From Gammaproteobacteria bacterium (GTDB taxonomy: Bacteria; Pseudomonadota; Gammaproteobacteria; Eutrophobiales; Eutrophobiaceae), in NCBI GenBank assembly GCA_022826885.1, contig JAJDUB010000070.1, forward strand, positions 49,379 to 113,378: 64,000 nucleotides of DNA, given 5' to 3'. Positions 9,852 to 18,982 of this stretch are shown one piece after another. Numbering within the stretch: the first letter of the stretch is position 1; each line of letters starts with the position of its first letter. The notes beneath the pieces are model-generated. The model worked only from the letters and a program-made list of their open reading frames with translations, searched no databases and was not told the DNA's origin. Position numbers and translations under genes: made by a program.

Positions 9852-11447
9852 CTAAATATCCTTCAGGATCTCGCGCGCCGCGTTATGTCCCGGGCAGCCG
9901 GTTACCCCGCCGCCGGGGTGTGCGCCGGAACCACACAGATAAAGGCCTTTAACCGGCATCCGGTAATCGGCATAACCGGCTACCGGCCTCAGTGAGAAGA
10001 GCTGGTCGGGCTGGACGCAACCGTGGAAGATATCGCCGCCGGTCAGTCCGAACTCCCGTTCCAGGTCGAGCGGACTGAGCGCCATCCGGCCGACAATTGC
10101 TTGTTTGAAATTGGGAGCGTAGTCATTGACGGTATCGATGATCAGGTCCGCAACCTGCTCCTTTACGTCGTCCCAGGACTTGCCGTCCGGCAATACCGGG
10201 TTGAAGTGTTGGCAAAACATACTGGCAACGTGTTTACCTTCGGGCGCCAGGGTGTTGTCATAGAGGGAGGGTATCATCATGTGGACGATGGGTTTTTGCG
10301 ACCAGCCCAGGTTCATGGCGTCCTGGTAGGCCCGTTCGTTGTACTGCATCGAGTTGGTGACGAACACACTTCCCTGCAGGTAACGCTCATAATCCGGTTT
10401 CCCGTCGAGACAACGAAACCGCGGCAGTTCGTCCAGCGCCACGTTCATGCGAAACGTGCCGGAGACACAGCGGTAATGATCGATCTGGCGGCTGAAATCG
10501 GCATCCAGGTATTCCTGGTTCACCAGTCTCTGGAACAGCAGTTTCGGATTGACGTTTGCCGCAGTGACTTTTGCACGGATCTCCCGTCCGTCTTCCAGTT
10601 TTACGCCACAGGCCCGATTATTTTTTACGACTACTTCCTTGACAGGCGCGCTGACTTCAATCTCTACGCCCTGTGCCTCGGCAGACTTTGCCATCGCCTG
10701 GGTGATGCCGCCCATCCCGCCCGTAACATGCCCCCAGCGCCCTTTCTGCCCGTTCACCTCACCGAACATGTGGTGCAGCAACACGTAGGCCGAACCGCCG
10801 GCGTAAACCGATTGCATGTTACCCACCATGGCGATATAACTCTCCAGCGCCAGTATCAGGTCCCCGCCGAACCACTGTTTCAGGTAATCCCCCACACTCA
10901 TGGTAAACAGCTTGATCGTTTCCCGTTGCAGAGCAGGGTCCAGGCGCCGCATCCTGTTGGCCAGTTTCCCGGCGCGCCACAGGTCCGTTAACCCGCCACC
11001 GATATTCGGTGGCGTCTCCAGCACCATGTCCCGCAATACGTCGGCAACCTGCTGGATCACCGTGTTATATTCGCGGTAGGCCTCGTCATCTCCCGGGCGG
11101 GCCTGGCGTAACTGAGCGACAAACTGCTCGAGATTTCTGTCGGTAAACAGGTATGTATCATTTGCGCCCAGAACCAGGGCGGTAAATTCCCTGTCTTTAA
11201 TTTCCAGCCCGTATTTATGCAGTTCCAGGTCGCGGATCACCTTCGGATTGAGCAGGCTTACCGCATAGGAACAGGTTGAATTGCGGTAACCGGGATGGAA
11301 CTCTTCCGTGACGACTGCGCCGCCGACCACGTGGCGGCGTTCGACTACTTTCACTTTCAGCCCCTTGCGGGCGAGGTAGTTGGCGCAGGTCAACCCGTTG
11401 TGGCCGGCGCCGATGATGACGGCGTCATACGTTGTGTTTGTAGCCAT
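9852..11447 (-). CDS. Phytoene desaturase-family FAD/NAD(P) oxidoreductase (PYROXD2/COG1233-like)
   Basis: YDAVIIGAGHNGL, GGMGGIT and GLYLCGSGAHPGGGVTGCPGHNAA motifs. Confidence 0.85.
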   Translation of the reverse strand: MATNTTYDAVIIGAGHNGLTCANYLARKGLKVKVVERRHVVGGAVVTEEFHPGYRNSTCSYAVSLLNPKVIRDLELHKYGLEIKDREFTALVLGANDTYLFTDRNLEQFVAQLRQARPGDDEAYREYNTVIQQVADVLRDMVLETPPNIGGGLTDLWRAGKLANRMRRLDPALQRETIKLFTMSVGDYLKQWFGGDLILALESYIAMVGNMQSVYAGGSAYVLLHHMFGEVNGQKGRWGHVTGGMGGITQAMAKSAEAQGVEIEVSAPVKEVVVKNNRACGVKLEDGREIRAKVTAANVNPKLLFQRLVNQEYLDADFSRQIDHYRCVSGTFRMNVALDELPRFRCLDGKPDYERYLQGSVFVTNSMQYNERAYQDAMNLGWSQKPIVHMMIPSLYDNTLAPEGKHVASMFCQHFNPVLPDGKSWDDVKEQVADLIIDTVNDYAPNFKQAIVGRMALSPLDLEREFGLTGGDIFHGCVQPDQLFSLRPVAGYADYRMPVKGLYLCGSGAHPGGGVTGCPGHNAAREILKDI

Positions 11448-11470
11448 GGATTTATGGAGTCAGGATAATT

Positions 11471-11498
11471 GGGGTCAGAGTAAGCTTACTCTGACCCC
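11471..11498. repeat. Perfect 28-bp palindrome GGGGTCAGAGTAAGCTTACTCTGACCCC (core-less member of the GGGGTCAGAGTAA REP-like family)
   Basis: Read directly. Same arms as the elements at 48139, 48758 and 49421; intergenic, downstream of the TonB receptor stop. Confidence 0.9.
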
Positions 11499-11525
11499 TG
11501 AATCTACCCCTGAACCTGTTCGTTC

Positions 11526-13805
11526 TTACTTCCAGTTAAACGTGATGGTGCCGCCGGCCCAGCGTGGATGCGCGTAGGCGTCGTTGCCGATGGATAGCCC
11601 ACTGATGTCCAGCGTATACAGGCGGTATTCCGTATCACTCACGTTATTGACAAAGGCAGCCAGCTTCCAGCTTTCGTCTCCGCTGGTATAGCTGACACGG
11701 AAGTTCCCGATGACAAAGGAATCCTCCTGGTCCAGCGGCGCGCACAGCACACTGAAACAGAATTCATCCGAATAGTTGAAATCACCCTGGACCGCCATGG
11801 TGCCGCCGAAGGCCGGAAACTCATACCGGGCGAGCCCGTTCAGGGTAAACGATGGGGCGTAGGGCAAGTCATTATCAACGAAGCGATCACTGGGTAACAA
11901 TACGTCTTTCACTTCACTGTCTTCAAATGATGCGCCGAAACGAAAACCCCAGCGTTCCGTGGGTTGAAGCATCAATTCGATCTCACCACCGACTGCTTCC
12001 GCATCCAGGTTAATGATGGTCAGGGAAGCCGGAATCACGCCCGGAATGACAACGAAGCCCTGGTAATCCTTGTAATCATAGTAATAAGCGTTGGCGTTCA
12101 ACTGCGCCCGCCCGTCGAATAACGTGGTTTTAATACCCACTTCCCAACTGTGCAATACTTCTTCATCATGGATAAAATCCGGGACGGGGAGTGTCGGGGC
12201 GCCGCCGGCCAGAACCCGCGCTGCGCCGGCTTTATGACCGCGGTTGAAGCTGGCGAATACCAGGGTATCTTCAGTCGGGCGCCAGTCGATTTCAAACTTG
12301 GCGGAGACGTTCTCGAAATCCTGATTAAACAGGCCAAAATCCGGGTCGTCCCTGAGATCGTACGGTATAGTGAGGGTGAAGCCCAGGCCCGTTACGTTTC
12401 CGCCCAGTATGTCGAGGGCATCGAACACCGTATCCTTCTGGTCTTCAGTGTAACGCAAGGCAGCGATTACCCCCCAGTTTTCGTTGAAGTCATACTCCAG
12501 ATGGCCGAATACGGCCCAGGATTCCGTCTCTACGTTGTTTGTCGCCACCCCTTCAATATAAGAAGTCGGTTCCCCGAAGGAATATGTCGGGGAGAAAAAG
12601 GGAAGGTCCAGAATATAATATTGATAGCCGGCATGGTCGATATCCAGGTAATAAAATCCTGTTGTCCAGCGCAGGTTATCGCCCACCTCGCCGTTCAGTC
12701 TCAGTTCTTGGGAGAACTGTTCAAAATCCTGGTCGGTGATATAGACGAAAACAGGATTGGGCGAACCGTCCGTATCTTCGCCGTAGTTTTTATTCATCTG
12801 CAGGTAATCGGTGATGGACGTCACGGTAATGCCGCCCATATCCCAGGTCAACCTGCCGCTGATGCCGGCAATTGAGCGGCGGAATTCCCCGATATAATCA
12901 TAGGAACCGGTGAAGGGGTCGTCATCGGGGTCCCGGTAACCATAAAAATCACATCCCGGGCAGAACCCGTTTACAAACGAATCCGGGCTGATTTCATAAC
13001 CGAGGCCGTCTTCATTTGCCGAGATAGGGGTATGCGTGTAAGCGTTGCCGTGCTCATCGTCATCATTGGCATAATGCGCTTTCAGATTTACCGTCACATT
13101 GTCGGCGGGGCGGAATTCCAGTTGGCCGCGCAAGGCATAGTGTTCACTGCCCCGGACATCCGGTCCGATCCGGTTCTCTGCGACACCATCATGAAAATTG
13201 CCGGCGAATGACACCCGGGCCAGGAGGCTGTCGGTCAGCGCGCCGCTGACGGCGCCTTCAAACTTCTTCTGGTCATAAGAACCGTAGGTAAATTCGACAT
13301 AACCTTCGGGATCCTCGGTGGGTTTGGCGCTGACATAGTGAAGTAAACCACCGGTTGCGTTGCGGCCGAACAAGGTTCCCTGCGGCCCGCGTAATACTTC
13401 CACCCGTTGCAAGTCAAATAGTTGTGCATGCCCGGCACCCATGGCGCTGACATAGGTTTCATCGACATACATCGCGATGGGTGGCTCGAGGTGATCGGCA
13501 AAGTCGTTCTGTGAGATGCCGCGGATATTGGTCGTGGTCAGTGTCGGGTGGAACTGAATAATACCGAGACCGGGCGTTTGCGCGGCGATATCGATGGTAT
13601 TCGTATATCCAAGTTCCCGGATCTGGTTACCGCTGAAAGCCGTGACGGAAATGCCCACGTCCTGCAGGCTCTGTTCCCGTTTCTGCGCCGTCACCACGAT
13701 CTCTTCAAGTACAGCCGAGTATGCGGATGAACCCAGCAAACACGTACAGATCAGAAAGCCTGTCGCCAATTTAATTTTTACTGATGATATGAGCCGGAAC
13801 TTCAT
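11526..13805 (-). CDS. TonB-dependent receptor
   Basis: Signal peptide, LEEIVVTAQKREQSLQDV, VEVLRGPQGTLFGRNATGG plug motif, C-terminal aromatic beta strand (ITFNWK). Confidence 0.95.
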   Translation of the reverse strand: MKFRLISSVKIKLATGFLICTCLLGSSAYSAVLEEIVVTAQKREQSLQDVGISVTAFSGNQIRELGYTNTIDIAAQTPGLGIIQFHPTLTTTNIRGISQNDFADHLEPPIAMYVDETYVSAMGAGHAQLFDLQRVEVLRGPQGTLFGRNATGGLLHYVSAKPTEDPEGYVEFTYGSYDQKKFEGAVSGALTDSLLARVSFAGNFHDGVAENRIGPDVRGSEHYALRGQLEFRPADNVTVNLKAHYANDDDEHGNAYTHTPISANEDGLGYEISPDSFVNGFCPGCDFYGYRDPDDDPFTGSYDYIGEFRRSIAGISGRLTWDMGGITVTSITDYLQMNKNYGEDTDGSPNPVFVYITDQDFEQFSQELRLNGEVGDNLRWTTGFYYLDIDHAGYQYYILDLPFFSPTYSFGEPTSYIEGVATNNVETESWAVFGHLEYDFNENWGVIAALRYTEDQKDTVFDALDILGGNVTGLGFTLTIPYDLRDDPDFGLFNQDFENVSAKFEIDWRPTEDTLVFASFNRGHKAGAARVLAGGAPTLPVPDFIHDEEVLHSWEVGIKTTLFDGRAQLNANAYYYDYKDYQGFVVIPGVIPASLTIINLDAEAVGGEIELMLQPTERWGFRFGASFEDSEVKDVLLPSDRFVDNDLPYAPSFTLNGLARYEFPAFGGTMAVQGDFNYSDEFCFSVLCAPLDQEDSFVIGNFRVSYTSGDESWKLAAFVNNVSDTEYRLYTLDISGLSIGNDAYAHPRWAGGTITFNWK

Positions 13806-13863
13806 GATATTAGGTCCCCGAGTGTATTTCTCGTAAAATTAAAAAAAATCTGTTACACTAAAA

Positions 13864-13878
13864 GTGCGCATAACGCAC
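13864..13878. promoter_or_regulatory. Candidate PcaR/PobR-type IclR operator GTGCG-N5-CGCAC
   Basis: GTGCGCATAACGCAC flanked by A tracts in the divergent intergenic region. Resembles the GTTCGATAATCGCAC-type PcaR/PcaU box; a PcaR-like IclR is encoded at 22565-23344. Confidence 0.55.
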
Positions 13879-13900
13879 AAAAGAGCGCTATCCGTCCGTA

Positions 13901-13929
13901 ATATTATAGAATTAGTTATCGCGTGTCAA
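13901..13929 (-). promoter_or_regulatory. Candidate sigma70 promoter for the TonB receptor operon
   Basis: Minus-strand TTGACA (13929-13924), followed by TATAAT at 15 nt or TAATAT at 17 nt. The -35 lies inside the inverted repeat CGCGTGT-N8-ACACGCG (13920-13941). Confidence 0.5.
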
Positions 13930-13980
13930 TAAAAACACGCGGATTTGTATTGTTGCAACACAACGCGGAGTCTACCAGAT

Positions 13981-15948
13981 ATGGATAAACACACGAACAA
14001 TCGTGAATTGGACGAACTCGGGCTGAGCGCCGACATCACCCGGCGCGATTTCATCAATACCGGCCTGATCGGCAGCGGCGCGGCGCTCCTGGGTATGCAG
14101 GCGCCGGGGTTATTGCGTACCGCTTCTGCCCAGGCTGTACTTCCTCACGTCGGCGAAGACTGGACCGGCTACGGCGGGGTCGGCGACTACGCCCGCGCCA
14201 ACGGCAACACCGCAGAGGTAGTAAACGCCGCCCACGGTATTCGTGACGGCCGCTATCAATCCCCGGTCCGGGACGCCGAAGATTCCGGGGAGACGTTCGA
14301 TATGGTGATCGTGGGTGGCGGCTTCGCCGGCCTGGGGGCCGCCTATACCTTTACCAGGGAAGCGGAAAAAAACCAGACCTGCCTGTTGCTGGACAATCAT
14401 TCCATCTTCGGGGGGGAAGCAAAGCAGAATGAATTCGAGGTGGATGGTTTCCACCTGACCGCGCCGCAGGGCTCCAACGGCATGATCTGGCCGCCGAAAT
14501 TCGCCGAGAAATACGGCCTGTTCCACCGTTACTGGTATGATCTGGGTCTGCCCGACTCGTTTGAGTTCCAGGAAATCACCGGCAGTCAACAACAACTGGC
14601 CATACCCGTAGACCACTATACGTCGATGTACAGCAGCCGCAGTGAGGCGACCACCGGTTACTTCTTTGACAACGACCAGGGCGGGGAATGGGTCATCAAC
14701 CCCTGGGCCAATGATTTCAGGGATGCGCCGTTAACCGACAAGGTAAAACAGGACCTGGTGCGTCTGGAAAATTACTATACGCCCCCGGAACGGGATGACT
14801 GGGAACCATGGCTGGATTCCATGACCTACCGGGATTTCATTACCGAGGAACTGGCCTGTTCGCCCCAGGTCATGCCGTTTGTCGACAAGGCCTTTGCCGT
14901 TTCTGGGGGTGGTCTGGGCGGCGATCAGGTATCCGCGTACACGGCATTTGATTTTTACCTGCCGGGTGTGCGCGCCTACACCGACCGTTATTACGAAGCC
15001 CGCGACATCGATCCTGCGGACGTCCACCAGGTCATGCTGGTAAGCTGGCCCGGCGGCAATACCGGCACCGCGCGCCATTTCATCAAGGCCATGATCCCTG
15101 ATTCTATAGCTGGCGGTCGCGAGCTGAAGGACGTGTTATGGGGCAAAGTGAACTGGCAGGTTCTGGACCGGCCCGGACAACAGGTGCGCATCCGTCTCGA
15201 AGCCACTGCCGTCCACGTAGAGCATAACGGTACACCGGACAGTTCAGAGTTCGTGAACGTGATCTACCACAAGGGCGGCAGGCTCTACCGGGTCAAGGCC
15301 CGTTCGGTTGTGATGGCCAGTGGCGGCTGGGTCAACAGGTATATATTGCGTGACCAGCCGGAATCACTCAGGGATGCGTATGCGCAGTTCTACCATGCGC
15401 CTATCCTGACTGTGAACGTGGCGGTACGTAACTGGCAATTCATGGAGCGCCTGGGAATCTCCGCGGCCCAGTGGTTCAGCGGCTTTGGCTGGTACACCAA
15501 CCTGCGGCGGCAAATGGTGATCGACGGCAAAGTCGACCCGCTGGACCCGGCAAAACCCACTGTACTGACATTCTATGTTCCTTATCTCAACCCGGGCATA
15601 CCGCTCAAGGAACAGACAGTACTGGGTCGCAACCAGTTGTTTGCCGGCAGTTACCGCTCAATAGAGATCCAGGTGCGCCGGCAGATGCAGAAACTGTTCG
15701 GCATGGCCGGGTTCGATGCGAAACAGGATATTGCCGCAATTGTCCTGAACCGCTGGGGACACGCCTACATCGCGCCCCAGCCGGGATTTTATTTCGGTAA
15801 TAACGGCGCGCCGGCGCCGCGCGAAGTGGTCCGGGAGGGTTACGGCCGTGTCACCATCGGCCACTCCGAACTGACCGGACAGCAACTCTGGTCACGCGGC
15901 ATCGAAGAAGGTGAGCGGGCCGCGCGCCAGGCGCTGGGTCTGATCTGA
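13981..15948 (+). CDS. Second Tat-exported SpdH-like FAD-dependent oxidoreductase
   Basis: ITRRDFINTG, GYGGVGDY, VGGGFAGLGAA, FGGEAKQN and NRWGHAY; clearly paralogous to 6142-8061. Start re-called to the ATG at 13981. Confidence 0.75.
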   Translation: MDKHTNNRELDELGLSADITRRDFINTGLIGSGAALLGMQAPGLLRTASAQAVLPHVGEDWTGYGGVGDYARANGNTAEVVNAAHGIRDGRYQSPVRDAEDSGETFDMVIVGGGFAGLGAAYTFTREAEKNQTCLLLDNHSIFGGEAKQNEFEVDGFHLTAPQGSNGMIWPPKFAEKYGLFHRYWYDLGLPDSFEFQEITGSQQQLAIPVDHYTSMYSSRSEATTGYFFDNDQGGEWVINPWANDFRDAPLTDKVKQDLVRLENYYTPPERDDWEPWLDSMTYRDFITEELACSPQVMPFVDKAFAVSGGGLGGDQVSAYTAFDFYLPGVRAYTDRYYEARDIDPADVHQVMLVSWPGGNTGTARHFIKAMIPDSIAGGRELKDVLWGKVNWQVLDRPGQQVRIRLEATAVHVEHNGTPDSSEFVNVIYHKGGRLYRVKARSVVMASGGWVNRYILRDQPESLRDAYAQFYHAPILTVNVAVRNWQFMERLGISAAQWFSGFGWYTNLRRQMVIDGKVDPLDPAKPTVLTFYVPYLNPGIPLKEQTVLGRNQLFAGSYRSIEIQVRRQMQKLFGMAGFDAKQDIAAIVLNRWGHAYIAPQPGFYFGNNGAPAPREVVREGYGRVTIGHSELTGQQLWSRGIEEGERAARQALGLI

Positions 15949-15956
15949 CGACAGTC

Positions 15957-17591
15957 ATGAAAGTCGATCCGGCACAGTTTAAAGATAAACGTATCAGCGA
16001 TTACCTTTATCACCATGCCGGTGAAACACCGGAGAAGGAGGCTGTTGGTATCGGGGATGACATGCTCTCGTATGCTGCCCTGCTTGACCGCGTGGAAGAC
16101 TGCGCCCGCGCATTGCTGGCACTCGGCATCGGAAAAGGGGACCGGGTGGCGACACTCTCCCCACCGCATCCGGATTATTTCATTATTCTCCTTGCGACAA
16201 CGGCAATCGGTGGGATTTGGGTAGGACTCAACCCGCGTTATACGCGCACCGAACTGGAACACGTGATTTCCGATTCGGAACCTTCCGCTATTTTCGCCAG
16301 AACCCGGATCGGCAATCGCCAGCACCATGAGGAGTTGCATTATATCCGGGAAAAGGTGCGGAGTATCAGGCACGTTATCACGCTTGGCGATAGCGTTATG
16401 TCTCCCTCTGCATGGTCCTGGAAAGAGTTTCTCGGGAACAGTGGCGGCATCGGTAATGATGATCTCGAAAATGCACGGAACGGTGTAACGAGCAGGGACG
16501 CGGCGCTTATCATCTATACGTCCGGGACGACGGGCAGGCCAAAAGGCGCCGTGCTGCACCATTACGGCGCCATCCGCCATGCGCATGTGCAAATGTCGCT
16601 TCGGTCGTCAGACGCCGTCAGAATGATTAACGCTTATCCCATCAATCATATTGCAGGCGTCATTGCCGTTTCGGTGTATTGTCTCGTTGCCGGAGGCACG
16701 GATTACTACCTGGAAAAATTCGACCCTGAAACGGTGCTGAGGATTATCCAGGAAAAACGCATCACCGTCTGGGGTGGTGTACCCGTCATGTTGCAGAGTG
16801 TATTGGACCACCCCGACTTTTCCGGCACGGATTTATCTTCGATCAATGAGATCTCCTACAGTGGCGGCGCGTCATCGAAACCTTTGCTGGAACGCCTGTG
16901 CAGTGAGATCTGTCCGGCCATTACCAGCATGTATGCCTTGACGGAGGCCGCCGGCGCGGCGACCGCAATTCCTTCTACGGATGATATCGACCTGTTGTCG
17001 CAGAGTGTCGGCAAGCCGCTGGCTGATTGCGGGTTGCGCCTGGTTGATGAGCGCGGCAAGGAGGTGCGAAAAGGAGAGCCGGGTGAAATTCTCCTGCGCG
17101 GCCCGTTTATCATGAAAGAATACTGGCGCCTGCCGGAAGCCACCGCGCAGGCGATCGATAACGATGGATGGTTGCATACCAAAGACGTGGCCGTGGAACG
17201 GGACGACGGCAATATCGTACTGGTCGGGCGGTTATCCGATATGTACAAGTCTGGCGGCTATAACGTCTACCCGAAGGAAATCGAACAGGTACTCGAATCC
17301 CACCCGGCGGTCGTGCTGGCCTGTGTCGTAGGCGTGCCCGATCCTGTTTATGGCGAGGTTGGCTATGCTTATGTGACACCGGCGCCGGGGCAATCCGTTG
17401 ACGAACAATCCCTGCAGGATTATTCCAGGTTACATCTTGCCGGTTACAAGATTCCAAAGCATGTCGTGATGAAGACGTCACTACCTCTTCTACCGACCAA
17501 CAAACCCGATAAACGCAGGCTGAAGGATATGGCGGCCGCCGCCGTGGAACCCGTCAGCCGGGCAACACAAATTCAAAACCAGACAAGGTAA
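15957..17591 (+). CDS. Acyl-CoA ligase / class I adenylate-forming enzyme
   Basis: IYTSGTTGRPKG, YALTE, GWLHTKD and SGGYNVYPKEIE motifs. Confidence 0.9.
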   Translation: MKVDPAQFKDKRISDYLYHHAGETPEKEAVGIGDDMLSYAALLDRVEDCARALLALGIGKGDRVATLSPPHPDYFIILLATTAIGGIWVGLNPRYTRTELEHVISDSEPSAIFARTRIGNRQHHEELHYIREKVRSIRHVITLGDSVMSPSAWSWKEFLGNSGGIGNDDLENARNGVTSRDAALIIYTSGTTGRPKGAVLHHYGAIRHAHVQMSLRSSDAVRMINAYPINHIAGVIAVSVYCLVAGGTDYYLEKFDPETVLRIIQEKRITVWGGVPVMLQSVLDHPDFSGTDLSSINEISYSGGASSKPLLERLCSEICPAITSMYALTEAAGAATAIPSTDDIDLLSQSVGKPLADCGLRLVDERGKEVRKGEPGEILLRGPFIMKEYWRLPEATAQAIDNDGWLHTKDVAVERDDGNIVLVGRLSDMYKSGGYNVYPKEIEQVLESHPAVVLACVVGVPDPVYGEVGYAYVTPAPGQSVDEQSLQDYSRLHLAGYKIPKHVVMKTSLPLLPTNKPDKRRLKDMAAAAVEPVSRATQIQNQTR

Positions 17592-17596
17592 ATAAA

Positions 17597-18976
17597 ATGG
17601 AAAACATCGCGCAATCAGATAACCCGCAACCCAAGGTCCACCATTGGCACCCGATGGCCGACCCGAAATCGGCTGAACTGTCGCCGCCACTGGTATTCGA
17701 GCGCGCAGAAGGCGTTTATATTTATGACACGGAAGGAAAACGCTACCTGGATACCCAGGGGGGATTATGGTGCGTCAATGTGGGCCACGGCCGTGAAGAA
17801 GTGAAGCAGGCCATCGCTGCTCAAATGGATCAACTTCCCTATTACACAACCTTTGGCGACACCAGCAACCTGCCCGTCATGGAACTCGCCGAACGGCTGA
17901 CGCGCATGCTCGCGCCGGAGGGCATGCAGCGGGTTTTTTTCAGCTCCGGCGGTTCTGATGCAAACGAAACCGCGCTGAAACTGGCGCGGCAATACTGGAA
18001 GCTGGCGGGTGAAGCGCAACGGACAAAATTCATCTCACTGAAACAGGGGTACCACGGGGTGCATTTCGGCGGCACGTCCATCGGCGGCCAGATGTACCTT
18101 CGTTCCATGTACGAACCGGTTCTCCCCGGTTGTTTCCAGGTCGACACCCCCTGGCTGTACCGCAACCCCTGGTCGGACGATCCTGAGGAGTTGGGAAAGA
18201 TCTGCGCCGATCTGCTTGAGCGGGAGATCCTGCACCATGGCCCGCATACGGTTGCCGCGTTCATTGCCGAACCGGTACAGGGCGCCGGCGGCGTAATTGT
18301 ACCGCCGGACAACTACTGGCCCCTGGTCAGGGAAGTCTGTGACAAATACGGGGTATTACTCATCGCTGATGAGGTCGTCACCGGCTTCGGCCGCAGCGGC
18401 AGCATGTTCGGTTGCCGCGGCTGGGGCGTCAAGCCTGACATAATGTGCCTGGCTAAAGGCATCAACTCCGGTTATATTCCTCTGGGCGCGACGGTGGTCA
18501 ATGAACGCGTGCGCCAGGCCTGGGATTCCGAGCACCCGCTGGCCGCCATCCTGCACGGCTATACCTATTCGGGACATCCGCTCGCCTGCGCGGCAGCCAA
18601 TGCCGCCCTGCAGATTGTGGAAGATGAAGCGCTGCCGGCAAATGCCGCCCGGGTGGGCAGCTACTGTCTTGCGAAACTGAAAAATGAACTGGCCCATTAT
18701 GATTTTGTCGGTGATGTCAGGGGTAAGGGCCTGATGATGGCCATTGAACTGGTCACGGATAAGTCATCAAAGGAATCCTTCATGCCGGGCGATCCCTTTC
18801 TTGACCTTATTCAGGATCTGACGCGCCGGGAAGGCTTGCTGATAAGGAACCTCGGTTCGAACCTGATCGTCTCTCCGCCGCTGGTTTTCAGCAATGAGAA
18901 CGTCGATGAAATGGCGGATATCCTGGCGCTCGTATTTGATAAGGCGCAAGCGGGTTTCAGCAAGCGAGCAGGTTAA
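17597..18976 (+). CDS. Class III PLP aminotransferase (omega-amine/polyamine type)
   Basis: GLWCVNVGHG, SGGSDANETA, AEPVQGAGG, LIADEVVTGFGRSG, AKGINSGY (PLP Lys) and HGYTYSGHP. Confidence 0.92.
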   Translation: MENIAQSDNPQPKVHHWHPMADPKSAELSPPLVFERAEGVYIYDTEGKRYLDTQGGLWCVNVGHGREEVKQAIAAQMDQLPYYTTFGDTSNLPVMELAERLTRMLAPEGMQRVFFSSGGSDANETALKLARQYWKLAGEAQRTKFISLKQGYHGVHFGGTSIGGQMYLRSMYEPVLPGCFQVDTPWLYRNPWSDDPEELGKICADLLEREILHHGPHTVAAFIAEPVQGAGGVIVPPDNYWPLVREVCDKYGVLLIADEVVTGFGRSGSMFGCRGWGVKPDIMCLAKGINSGYIPLGATVVNERVRQAWDSEHPLAAILHGYTYSGHPLACAAANAALQIVEDEALPANAARVGSYCLAKLKNELAHYDFVGDVRGKGLMMAIELVTDKSSKESFMPGDPFLDLIQDLTRREGLLIRNLGSNLIVSPPLVFSNENVDEMADILALVFDKAQAGFSKRAG

Positions 18977-18982
18977 ACCGCC

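Noticed and set aside
10023-10991. Long antisense ORFs (for example 10023-10991, 61092-61982, 62711-63538, 15840-16592, 12150-12875)
   Set aside because: They are shadows of well-supported genes on the opposite strand in GC-rich DNA and show no recognisable motifs.
9852-11447. Carotenoid biosynthesis (crtI)
   Set aside because: No crtB/crtE/crtY nearby; the motifs fit the broad COG1233 oxidoreductase group in a catabolic context.
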